A stretch of 24,000 nt of DNA from Vibrio proteolyticus NBRC 13287 (GTDB taxonomy: Bacteria > Pseudomonadota > Gammaproteobacteria > Enterobacterales > Vibrionaceae): assembly GCF_000467125.1 (NCBI RefSeq), contig NZ_BATJ01000005.1:158798-182797 (forward strand). The letters are read 5' to 3'. Below, in pieces: positions 1 to 7,742 of this stretch. Position numbers and translations under genes: made by a program. Each line of letters opens with the position of its first letter. The first letter of the stretch is position 1. The notes under the pieces are model-generated. The model had not been told where the DNA came from. It did no database searches and saw nothing but the letters and a program-made list of their open reading frames with translations.

Positions 1-77
1 TTGAAGATTTGTTCAACAATAACCTGGAAGAGTTTGAACAGCTCTACCAATTAGTGACTGGCGAAAATTATCAGTAA
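1..77 (+). CDS. 3' end of an unidentified CDS (last ~24 codons: ...EDLFNNNLEEFEQLYQLVTGENYQ*)
   Basis: An open frame (codons phased from nt 3) enters from the left edge and ends at TAA 75-77, directly followed by a strong terminator. It is too short to assign a family. Confidence 0.4.
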   Translation, partial: EDLFNNNLEEFEQLYQLVTGENYQ

Positions 78-105
78 AAAAGCGCAGCAATTGCTGCGCT
101 TTTTT
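76..105. terminator. Bidirectional rho-independent terminator
   Basis: A perfect 20-nt palindrome agcgcagcaa/ttgctgcgct (81-100) is flanked by an A-run (76-80) and a T-run (101-105). It sits between two convergent stop codons. Confidence 0.85.
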
Positions 106-1489
106 ATGACTCCTGCACCACCAACATCATGCTGCTCACCGGCGCCACATCCAGGCTCAACTTACCCTGTACGGCGGTGTACAACGTATCAGACAGCAGG
201 TCTTTAAGAGTACCGCTTTGAGCAATGTCCACCCTCTGTCCACGTGTGGACTTATTGATGATCACTAACCCTGCTTCTTCTCTGGCAAGCACCAACAAGT
301 CATCATTGGCCTCCAGTACGGTCATGATTTTACCGTGCATCTGATTGTGGAATCGGATACGTGCAAGCATCGCGGGATCTTTCCAGGCATCGACCCAACG
401 AGGTTGACCAACGCGGTTATTGATACCACTGGTATCGAGATCGGTGTATATCAGCGGCACGCCACCATCACGCCCCAAAATGTACGTGTAGGCCAACTGT
501 TCCAGCGCTTCATCCATCACCAAGTTTTCAAACACATCGTTGTTTGGGATGTCATGAGTGATGGCAAACGTCACCGCCCGGTACTTCGCCAATGCCTGCC
601 CAAAACAGTACGGATCCACCAGCGATGTCAGGCTGCCTCCCTCATCCAGAGCATCAAACATGGTCTGAAACAACGGAAAATCGTACGCACCAAGACGAGT
701 CTCAGCCAGGTATGGCTCAAGGAAAATGTCGTATTCCGCTCGCGTGGCTCCACCATCAGTGATGATTTCACCAAAAATGTGCATGTCCCTGGTTATGGTT
801 TCGGTCCAAACGTTTTTCAGATGTTCAATACTCATGTGCTTGGCAGCATCAATTCTGAAACCACGCACGCCCAGCGCTTTGAGTGCCTTAAGGTATTCCT
901 GCTGCTGGACGATGACATGGTGATGAGCACGTAACGTCGGCAGTCCTGGGTCCGTTGCTCCACCGGTTATGCGTCCGTTCTGAACTTGCCACTTATCCTG
1001 CCAGTCTTTGATGCCGAACGCTTCGACGAAGTCCTGTTCAGTAAATAGTGGCTGGCTGAGATCGCCAAACAACCGCTGAGACTGATAATAATCCGCTCGC
1101 GCCTGATAGTCGGCCATATCCGCCGCGCTTGGGTATTGCAAGTCAAGGCGCAGAGACGACTCATTCGCCATATGGTTGAACACGACATCGGCGTACACAC
1201 TGATGCCGTGCTTTTCCAGCGCCGCGATCATGTGTTTGAAATCTTGAGTGTTACCAAGCTGGTTGTCGATAACACGATAATCTTGGGGTTGATAACGTTG
1301 CCACCATTGCGTGCCCTGCGCAGATGTAAGCGACTTTATAGGCGGTGATACCAGCACCGATTTGTAGCCGCCAGCGCTGATCGCACTGGCTTGCTCAGCG
1401 ACGCGCTGATAAGGCCAGTCAAAGGCATGTAGAATGACGTCAGTAGCCATAACGTTTTCCATGCATTTCTTCCATTTATCCACGTCCAT
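104..1489 (-). CDS. GH13 alpha-amylase, probably cytoplasmic
   Basis: The 461-aa ORF shows the four GH13 conserved regions: DVVFNH (I), GFRIDAAKH (II, nucleophile Asp), FGEIIT (III, acid/base Glu), FAITHD (IV). No signal peptide is visible. The start is ambiguous: ATG 1489, ATG 1462 (preceded by a GGAAGA SD) or ATG 1450. Confidence 0.9.
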   Translation of the reverse strand: MDVDKWKKCMENVMATDVILHAFDWPYQRVAEQASAISAGGYKSVLVSPPIKSLTSAQGTQWWQRYQPQDYRVIDNQLGNTQDFKHMIAALEKHGISVYADVVFNHMANESSLRLDLQYPSAADMADYQARADYYQSQRLFGDLSQPLFTEQDFVEAFGIKDWQDKWQVQNGRITGGATDPGLPTLRAHHHVIVQQQEYLKALKALGVRGFRIDAAKHMSIEHLKNVWTETITRDMHIFGEIITDGGATRAEYDIFLEPYLAETRLGAYDFPLFQTMFDALDEGGSLTSLVDPYCFGQALAKYRAVTFAITHDIPNNDVFENLVMDEALEQLAYTYILGRDGGVPLIYTDLDTSGINNRVGQPRWVDAWKDPAMLARIRFHNQMHGKIMTVLEANDDLLVLAREEAGLVIINKSTRGQRVDIAQSGTLKDLLSDTLYTAVQGKLSLDVAPVSSMMLVVQES

Positions 1490-1669
1490 TCATCTGGACA
1501 GGCTTATTATAGAAACGCCTGATTAAAGTCGTTCCCCCTTTTGCGTTTTATCTGTGTATTAGATCAGGGGCGTAGAAATTCACGTCAATACGCGTTAAGT
1601 TTATAGTTCGTACAAAAAACAACCAAAGGACTCCCGCGCATTACGCGCATCGACAACCAAGGAGCGGGT

Positions 1670-2317
1670 ATGCCTAAAGTGCAAATTGATATTGTGTCAG
1701 ACGTTGTATGCCCTTGGTGCATCATAGGATACAAAAGGCTTGAACTGGCACTCAGACAACTTGGCGAGACCTTTGACGCCTCAATTCAGTGGCATCCTTT
1801 TGAACTCAACCCCGCCATGGGGCCGAGCGGACAGAATTTACAGCAACACTTAGCTGAAAAGTATGGCGCCTCCAAAGCGATGAGCGATGAGAACCGGAAA
1901 ACAATTACCCAACTGGGACAAGAAGTGGGGTTTTCGTTCCATTTTGTCGACGACATGCGTATCTACAATACCCGCCAAGCCCATCAACTGTTGATGTGGG
2001 CCCGTTCGCAGGACAAACAGTTTGATCTGGAAATGGCTCTATTTGAAGCCTATTTCACCGACAATCGTGACATCAGCCTGCCCGACACTCTATTGGCCAT
2101 CGCAGAAGAGATTGGGATTGATACTCAAGTCGCCAAGCAGGTTCTGAGCGATCCCGGCTGGGCAGAGACCGTTGCCTCCACCGAGCAACAGTGGCTTGAA
2201 GCTGGCATCAGCGCCGTTCCTGCAATTATCATCAACCGCAAACACCTGATTGCCGGTGCCCAGTCTGTAGAGGCTCTCAAGCGCGCCATTGAAGACATTG
2301 CACTGCAGATGCACTGA
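1670..2317 (+). CDS. DsbA-family (FrnE / HCCA-isomerase-like) thiol:disulfide oxidoreductase
   Basis: The 215-aa ORF has an AAGGAG SD 5 nt upstream of the ATG. An N-terminal CPWC thioredoxin-fold motif sits in the context DIVSDVVCPWCIIGYKRL, typical of the cytoplasmic FrnE-like DsbA subfamily. Confidence 0.85.
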   Translation: MPKVQIDIVSDVVCPWCIIGYKRLELALRQLGETFDASIQWHPFELNPAMGPSGQNLQQHLAEKYGASKAMSDENRKTITQLGQEVGFSFHFVDDMRIYNTRQAHQLLMWARSQDKQFDLEMALFEAYFTDNRDISLPDTLLAIAEEIGIDTQVAKQVLSDPGWAETVASTEQQWLEAGISAVPAIIINRKHLIAGAQSVEALKRAIEDIALQMH

Positions 2318-2320
2318 CAC

Positions 2321-2349
2321 AAAAAAGCCGACTCAGAGGTCGGCTTTTG
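2321..2349. terminator. Bidirectional rho-independent terminator
   Basis: The sequence aaaaa-AGCCGAC-tcagag-GTCGGCT-tttgc forms a hairpin between two convergent genes (stops at 2317 and 2364). Confidence 0.8.
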
Positions 2350-2363
2350 CTGATGCAGTGGAC

Positions 2364-3269
2364 TTAATGACGCAGACGACCAATCACACTCCAGCCAGCG
2401 ACCACAATCAGTCCGGCTAATAAACCAATCAGACCGTTGAGAATAACGGGAATGAACGCGTGAGCCAGTGATACATTCGGCAACTCAAGCAATATCGGTT
2501 CAATCAAGTGGTGAATCATTGGTACGTTGTGCACCACGATCCCTCCGCCGACCAAGAACATCGCCGCCGTCCCCACTACGGTGAGGATCTTCATCAGTTT
2601 GGGCGCAAATGTGATAAGACTTCGGCCAATGGCAGAACCTACGCCTTTGCCTTGCGCTTTTCTTTCCATATAGAAGCCCAAGTCGTCCAGTTTGACGATA
2701 CCGGCAACCAGCCCATACACCCCGATAGTCATGATCACTGCAATCAAGCTCACCACCAGGATCTGAGTCGCCATCGCCTGACCTTGCACCGTCCCCAGTG
2801 CAATCACGATGATTTCCGCCGATAAAATGAAATCAGTACGGATCGCGCCGGCGATCTTTTTCTTCTCATATTCATCAATCGAAGCATTGGCTAAATTGGC
2901 TTCTGCTTCGCTTTCAGAGTGCGCTTCTCCGTGATGAAACAGTTTTTCCAACACCTTTTCAGCGCCTTCAAAACACAGAAACAAACCTCCGAGCAGCAGT
3001 AACGGCATGATCAACCACGGCGCAACGGAGCTCATCAATAAGGCTGCGGGAACGAGAATGCACTTGTTGCGAAACGAACCTTTCGCCACCGACCACACCA
3101 CCGGGATCTCACGTTCCGCGGCAACGCCAGACACCTGCTGCGCATTGAGAGCTAAGTCGTCACCCAGTACACCAGCTGTTTTCTTCGCCGCCACTTTAGA
3201 CATTAATGCAACATCATCCAACACTGTGGTGATGTCATCCAGAAGAGTTAAAAGGCTTAATCCCGCCAT
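2364..3269 (-). CDS. yedI: DUF808 family inner-membrane protein (YedI-like)
   Basis: The 301-aa ORF has an N-terminus MAGLSLLTLLDDITTVLDDVALMSKVAAKKTAGVLGDDLALNAQQVSGV that closely resembles E. coli YedI as I recall it. Multiple hydrophobic helices follow. Confidence 0.8.
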   Translation of the reverse strand: MAGLSLLTLLDDITTVLDDVALMSKVAAKKTAGVLGDDLALNAQQVSGVAAEREIPVVWSVAKGSFRNKCILVPAALLMSSVAPWLIMPLLLLGGLFLCFEGAEKVLEKLFHHGEAHSESEAEANLANASIDEYEKKKIAGAIRTDFILSAEIIVIALGTVQGQAMATQILVVSLIAVIMTIGVYGLVAGIVKLDDLGFYMERKAQGKGVGSAIGRSLITFAPKLMKILTVVGTAAMFLVGGGIVVHNVPMIHHLIEPILLELPNVSLAHAFIPVILNGLIGLLAGLIVVAGWSVIGRLRH

Positions 3270-3467
3270 AATCGATTCTCAAAGTATCAGATGTTAGCAA
3301 ATGTAACATCAGCCGACAGATTCTCAAGGCCTCAATGCCAAGAATTGAACTAAATTTCCGATAGTTACGCTGTTCAGTATTGCTCAGATGGATACCATTT
3401 GCTCAATCTTCTAAACACTCTTAAGCTATATGGCTTGAAATAGAACATCACAGAGAAGGTCGCGAAG

Positions 3468-4388
3468 ATGCGTAACGGATATACCTACCCTATCGGCACA
3501 CCTGGAGAAAAGTGGGGCGACGCTGAACGCCTAGCCTGGCGTGAACACACCACAATCAAACGTGAGTACCAACAGCAAGTGGTGCCTAAAATTCTGGCAC
3601 TAAAAGACGCCTTTCTGGTCGAACAGTACGGAGCCCTCTCTTATGACCCAGAACGTTATCCTCTGTATTGCATCAAAAGTCGCGATTGGGACGAAAGCAA
3701 ACCCACAGTGTTGATTACTGGCGGTGTGCATGGTTACGAAACCAGTGGCGTTCATGGTGCGCTCAAGTTTGCTGCGACACAGGCAGACAAATACCTCCCC
3801 CACTTTAATCTGGTGATCGCACCTTGTGTCAGCCCTTGGGGTTACGAAACCATCAACCGTTGGAATCCGAATGCGCTGGACCCAAACCGTTCATTCTATG
3901 CCGACAGCCCGGCAGAAGAGTCAGCCAATCTGATTCAACTGGTGTCCGAACTGGGTGAGGTGCTGGTCCACATCGACCTGCACGAAACCACGGATACTGA
4001 CGAAACAGAGTTTCGACCCGCCCTGGCGGCTCGCGATGGCCAAGCATACGTGGCAGGTATGATTCCAGACGGCTTTTACACCGTCGGAGATACCGACAAC
4101 CCCGTCCCCGAGTTTCAGACAGCCGTTATTGATGCGGTTCGCTTAGTGACTCATATTGCGCCAGCAGACGACAACGGAGAAATCATCGGTTCTACGGTGG
4201 TTCAAGAGGGCGTCATTGAGTACCCCATGAAAAAGCTGGGTCTGTGTGGTGGCGTGACGAATTGCCGCTTTGGTACGACAACCGAAGTCTACCCAGACAG
4301 CCCAAAGGTCACCGATGAAGAGTGCAACGACGCACAAGTCGCCGCTGTGACTGGTGGGTTGGACTATGTGTTAACGCAGCTCAAATAA
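3468..4388 (+). CDS. M14-family zinc carboxypeptidase-like protein (no signal peptide, likely cytosolic)
   Basis: The 306-aa ORF has a GAGAAGG SD. It carries an HxxE zinc motif (GGVHGYETSG) and a downstream His in HIDLHETTD, the arrangement of M14 / succinylglutamate-desuccinylase-like hydrolases. Confidence 0.7.
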   Translation: MRNGYTYPIGTPGEKWGDAERLAWREHTTIKREYQQQVVPKILALKDAFLVEQYGALSYDPERYPLYCIKSRDWDESKPTVLITGGVHGYETSGVHGALKFAATQADKYLPHFNLVIAPCVSPWGYETINRWNPNALDPNRSFYADSPAEESANLIQLVSELGEVLVHIDLHETTDTDETEFRPALAARDGQAYVAGMIPDGFYTVGDTDNPVPEFQTAVIDAVRLVTHIAPADDNGEIIGSTVVQEGVIEYPMKKLGLCGGVTNCRFGTTTEVYPDSPKVTDEECNDAQVAAVTGGLDYVLTQLK

Positions 4389-4390
4389 AC

Positions 4391-5179
4391 TTACAGCAAG
4401 CGATTCTTATACTGCTCCGGGGTCTGCCCGGAGTATTTTTTAAACATCGATATAAACGGACTGGCCTGGTTGTAGCCCAAGGTCAACGCCACCTCTTTGA
4501 CCGAATGCCCTTTGCGCAGCAATTCCATGGAAAACAGGTAACGCACCCTTAAACGCCATTCAGTAAAACTCATCCCCAACTCAGCCTGACAGTGCCTGGC
4601 GAGGGTTCTTTCGGTGGTATGCACCCGCGCCGCCCACTCACTGAGGCTGGTATTGTCAGTCGGGTTTTCCTCGACCGCGGTGAGAATCGTTGACAGGTAT
4701 TTGTTATCGGTGGACGGCAGGAACTGATGTTGTACATCTTGTGTGGCCAGTTGGTCGAGCAGCACCTGAACCAAACGCACGTCTTCTTCACTTTGAGCGA
4801 CATTGATGTGCCGGCGACGAAAATCATCAATGATTGCAGAAACAATCGGCGTGACCTTAATTAAACTGGTTTGTTCCGGAAAATGTTGAGTTAACCCTCG
4901 AGCGATGTTCAACGAGCAATACTCGATGGGCTTACGGTTATAACTGCAATGTTTGATGCCTGCGGGAACCCAGATCGCCAGATGGGGAGGCGCCAAAAAG
5001 CGAGTGTCTTCCGCTTCCATTTCCAAAATACCACCGCTGATCAGTTGCACTTGTCCCCAGGTATGACTGTGAACACGGGTTTCGGTATTCGACAGAAACG
5101 CTTCGAAATTCATAAACACGTCTGATGGTGCCTGGTCAATAGATAACGAAGGATGCAGGTGTCTGGCGTTCTTTTTCAA
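4391..5179 (-). CDS. AraC/XylS-family transcriptional regulator with N-terminal cupin-like sensor domain
   Basis: The 262-aa ORF has a C-terminal double HTH (…LSEWAARVHTTERTLARHCQAELGMSFTEWRLRVR…LTLGYNQASPFISMFKKYSGQTPEQY). It has a TTG start with a GGAAG SD. It is divergent from the EamA transporter gene. Confidence 0.85.
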   Translation of the reverse strand: MKKNARHLHPSLSIDQAPSDVFMNFEAFLSNTETRVHSHTWGQVQLISGGILEMEAEDTRFLAPPHLAIWVPAGIKHCSYNRKPIEYCSLNIARGLTQHFPEQTSLIKVTPIVSAIIDDFRRRHINVAQSEEDVRLVQVLLDQLATQDVQHQFLPSTDNKYLSTILTAVEENPTDNTSLSEWAARVHTTERTLARHCQAELGMSFTEWRLRVRYLFSMELLRKGHSVKEVALTLGYNQASPFISMFKKYSGQTPEQYKNRLL

Positions 5180-5278
5180 ACTTGTCTTCCTATCACGTTC
5201 AATGTCTTTTTACAGATACATACAATTATAGCGACGTGACAGACTAGGCTCCATCCATTATTTCGAGATGGGGGTCAC

Positions 5279-6178
5279 ATGATCTATCTCTTTCCGTTAA
5301 TCACTGTGCTCATCTGGGGCGGCAACTCGATTGTCAACAAAATGGCCGCAAGTGCCATTGAGCCCAGTGCCATGAGCTTTTACCGCTGGTTTGTTGCCAT
5401 GCTGTTGCTGACACCTTTTTGCCTGCCAACGGTTATACGCCAATGGTCAACAATTAAGCCATATCTGACCAAACTGGCTTTTCTGGCGATGCTGGGCATG
5501 GTACTGAACCAATCATTGGGATACTACGCAGGCCTGACCACCAGCGCCTCCAATATGTCATTGATCACCTCTTTGGTGCCTTTGCTGAGCGTGTTTTTGA
5601 GCCTGCCTTTGCTGGGCAAACCCGTGTCTGCTTTGAGTGTGGTAGGTGGCGTCCTGTCGCTGGCCGGATTGGCCTTCATGCTTGGCCAAGGCGACATCAC
5701 TTTCTTCCTCCACCAAGACGTCACTGAAGGGGACGCTCTGATGGTTCTGGCCGCAGTGGTCTACGCAGCATATTGCGTACTGCTGAAACGCTGGAAAATG
5801 CCCTTGAGCAACTGGACGCTGATATACATGCAAGGACTCTTTGCGGTTGCGATGTTAGCGCCGTTATGGCTGAGCAGTGAACAACTGCTACCCACCCACG
5901 AGTCGCTGCCGCTGATCGCGTATGCTTCTGTGATGGCCTCCCTGCTCGCCCCCTGGCTCTGGGTCAAAGCCATTGATGCCATCGGTGCGGATTCAAGCGC
6001 CATGTTCATGAACCTGTTGCCAGTGGTGGCGGTGTCTCTGGCTGCCACGTTACTCGGTGAACAGATCCACACTTATCATCTGATGGGCGGATTAATGGTG
6101 ATCTCAGGTGTGATTCTGGCTCAAGTAAAACTGCGTCGTAAAGCGCTGGCACCTATCGAAAATGCCGGTCAGCTATAA
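5279..6178 (+). CDS. EamA/DMT-superfamily transporter
   Basis: The 299-aa ORF is almost entirely hydrophobic, with about 10 helices and two EamA-like halves. It has a GGGGG SD. It is divergently paired with the AraC regulator. Confidence 0.85.
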   Translation: MIYLFPLITVLIWGGNSIVNKMAASAIEPSAMSFYRWFVAMLLLTPFCLPTVIRQWSTIKPYLTKLAFLAMLGMVLNQSLGYYAGLTTSASNMSLITSLVPLLSVFLSLPLLGKPVSALSVVGGVLSLAGLAFMLGQGDITFFLHQDVTEGDALMVLAAVVYAAYCVLLKRWKMPLSNWTLIYMQGLFAVAMLAPLWLSSEQLLPTHESLPLIAYASVMASLLAPWLWVKAIDAIGADSSAMFMNLLPVVAVSLAATLLGEQIHTYHLMGGLMVISGVILAQVKLRRKALAPIENAGQL

Positions 6179-6183
6179 CGTAT

Positions 6184-6660
6184 TCATGGTTGCTCCGGCG
6201 ATATCTGGCGGCTCATCACATAATTCGTCAGGGTAATACCGCCAATCGCTACTTCCTGCTGGCGCTCCACCGCAAAGCCGTTTTTTTCAAAAAACGACTT
6301 TGCGGTTTTACTGACATGAGCGTACAGGCGTGCCATATTTTTCTCTTTTGCCCGACGAACAATCTCTTCCATAAGAAACCGACCAACACCGCATTTCTGG
6401 TAGTGCACGCTAACAAAGAAGTGGTCAATCAGTCCATCCGCTTGTAAATCTGCGTACCCTGCCAGATGTCCGTCCTCTTCTGCAATGATGGGACGGATGG
6501 TGTCTAGGCGCTGTTGCCATGTCTGCATCGAAAAATCGGCCGGTGCCCAGGCATTGCGCTGCGCGTCTGTGTAATCAGCAGCGGTGACCGTATGTACTGT
6601 GTGAAAAAACAACGCCCAGCATGCTTTGGCATCACTTGTCTTATAATTGCGAAGTTGCAT
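6184..6660 (-). CDS. GNAT-family N-acetyltransferase (YafP-like)
   Basis: The 158-aa ORF has the acetyl-CoA motif QKCGVGRFLMEEIVRRA. Its overall pattern (RNY..D…F…V…Y…Q..AWAP; IDHFFV; SKTAKSFFEKNGF) matches small YafP-type GNATs as recalled. Confidence 0.85.
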   Translation of the reverse strand: MQLRNYKTSDAKACWALFFHTVHTVTAADYTDAQRNAWAPADFSMQTWQQRLDTIRPIIAEEDGHLAGYADLQADGLIDHFFVSVHYQKCGVGRFLMEEIVRRAKEKNMARLYAHVSKTAKSFFEKNGFAVERQQEVAIGGITLTNYVMSRQISPEQP

Positions 6661-6801
6661 ATCAACAAACTCCTGATTTATTTGAAAATTATGGGCACTC
6701 TCTCACTTTGTTATGTAATTCGAGAGAGCACCTGTGACTCAGGGTTTTATCCCGACAGGTTGATATATACTGTCGCCAGAGCTGACAATCACTTCACTGC
6801 A

Positions 6802-7524
6802 ATGAATAAGTTACTACGCTTAATCCAAGAAAACCAACGCGTTAACAGCGTTGACGAACTGCAAACTCTGTTGACTTCTATCGGGAACGAGCTGAACCAC
6901 GAATCGTTTTTATTCGGTCTCTACCTCGAAGAAAGTATGGAAGAAGAAGCGGATGTGCTCAATCTTATCAATCCCCGGGCCTGGAGTGAGCAATACGCCG
7001 AAAGTGGCTACGCACATCATGATCCGGTGGCGAGATACTGCATGAATCATGTGCTGCCAATAAACTGGGATCACGTCGATAAAAGTGAGCGTATCGGGCG
7101 GGAGATCTTTGAGGAAGCCCGACTGAATGATCTGCGTAAAGGTTTCACCGTCCCTTTCCATGGACTAAACGGTGAGTTTGGCTGCATGAGTTTCGCAACG
7201 TCTGACGGCCGTCATTATGACAAAATGGATGAGCAGATCCTACTGGCTCAATTAGTGACGCCATTAATCACAGAAAACATCGCCCACTTTCACCCCCAAT
7301 TACACAGCACGGCGCCGGCCAGACTTTTAACAGCAAGAGAGCTGCAGTGCCTGACCTGGGCAGCCGAAGGGAAAAGTACCTGGGAAATCGCCGTGATCAT
7401 CGGCTGTTCAGAGCGTACCGCTAAATTTCACCTCAACAACGCGGCCAAAAAACTCGGGGCCGTCAATCGCTATCAGGCAATCACCAAAGCCATACTGCGC
7501 GGCTGCATTCAACCTCAGGTTTGA
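6802..7524 (+). CDS. LuxR-family quorum-sensing receptor (autoinducer-binding domain + LuxR HTH); locally orphan
   Basis: This is the 240-aa reading from ATG 6802, an internal Met of the 6514 ORF. The upstream extension overlaps the GNAT gene and has no family features. The AHL-pocket spacing W-x3-Y-x8-DP-x13-W is present in AWSEQYAESGYAHHDPVARYCMNHVLPINW. The C-terminal HTH is LTARELQCLTWAAEGKSTWEIAVIIGCSERTAKFHLNNA. Confidence 0.85.
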   Translation: MNKLLRLIQENQRVNSVDELQTLLTSIGNELNHESFLFGLYLEESMEEEADVLNLINPRAWSEQYAESGYAHHDPVARYCMNHVLPINWDHVDKSERIGREIFEEARLNDLRKGFTVPFHGLNGEFGCMSFATSDGRHYDKMDEQILLAQLVTPLITENIAHFHPQLHSTAPARLLTARELQCLTWAAEGKSTWEIAVIIGCSERTAKFHLNNAAKKLGAVNRYQAITKAILRGCIQPQV

Positions 7525-7556
7525 CCTTGCTCTGAAAACCATCACCAGACTCCAAA

Positions 7557-7576
7557 ACCTGTCCAATTGGACAGTA
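7557..7576. promoter_or_regulatory. lux-box-like palindrome (ACCTGTCCAATTGGACAGTA; CTG-N10-CAG)
   Basis: A perfect 16-bp palindrome ctgtccaattggacag lies at 7559-7574, 33 nt after the luxR-type stop. The outer positions ACCTGT…ACAG match the V. fischeri lux box (ACCTGTAGGATCGTACAGGT, recalled). There is no U-tract, so it is not a classical terminator. Confidence 0.35.
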
Positions 7577-7690
7577 TCGGCACAACGGGATTTGTTTTAA
7601 GGTTTTATTGTTTTCGGACACCGCCGGGCTATGTCCCGAACGTTGAACGACAAACCCAAAACTATCCATGAGTTGTTGTGAATCAACAAA

Positions 7691-7727
7691 CCCTGGTCAC
7701 GTCTTGTGACCAGGGATTTTCTTTTTT
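7691..7727. terminator. Rho-independent terminator (strong on +, usable on -)
   Basis: A 10-bp GC-rich stem ccctggtcac/gtgaccaggg with a 5-nt loop is followed by attttctttttt. On the minus strand the stem is followed by tttgttgatt. It sits between convergent genes. Confidence 0.85.
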
Positions 7728-7742
7728 GTCTGGTGAACATTT

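Noticed and set aside
335-934. 199-aa plus-strand ORF (and 726-923, 1136-1348) inside the amylase locus
   Set aside because: These are antisense shadow ORFs of a well-supported GH13 gene. They have no recognisable motifs and an odd composition.
1635-1650. Direct repeat CGCGCAT-ta-CGCGCAT upstream of the DsbA-like gene
   Set aside because: It is very short, gives only a 4-bp potential stem, and resembles no known motif.
3290-3310. Inverted repeat GATGTTA-N7-TAACATC just upstream of the DUF808 gene
   Set aside because: It could be an operator or a 5'-UTR hairpin. However, 7-bp AT-rich arms are expected by chance in an intergenic region, and no partner regulator is evident.
6184-6660. Could the GNAT gene divergent from luxR be a cryptic AHL synthase? 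LuxI enzymes have a GNAT-like fold.
   Set aside because: At 158 aa it is shorter than LuxI proteins (~190-210 aa). Its sequence pattern matches small YafP-type acetyltransferases (RNY…AWAP, IDHFFV, QKCGVGR, FFEKNGF) rather than LuxI N-terminal signature blocks. Only a profile search could fully exclude the idea.
6514-6801. 96-codon N-terminal extension of the LuxR ORF in the six-frame track
   Set aside because: It overlaps the GNAT CDS and the divergent promoter region and has no LuxR-family similarity. Starting at ATG 6802 gives the canonical ~240-aa length.
7577-7690. Qrr-like sRNA or sigma-54 promoter (cGGCAC at 7578-7583; GTTGTTGTGAA resembling the Qrr core GTTGTTAGTGAA)
   Set aside because: There is no GC dinucleotide at the -12 position 10 nt after the GG, and no LuxO-type TTGCA…TGCAA sites upstream. 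The similarity to the Qrr core is short and gapped. I treat it as coincidence, although the region is still flagged as a generic sRNA candidate.
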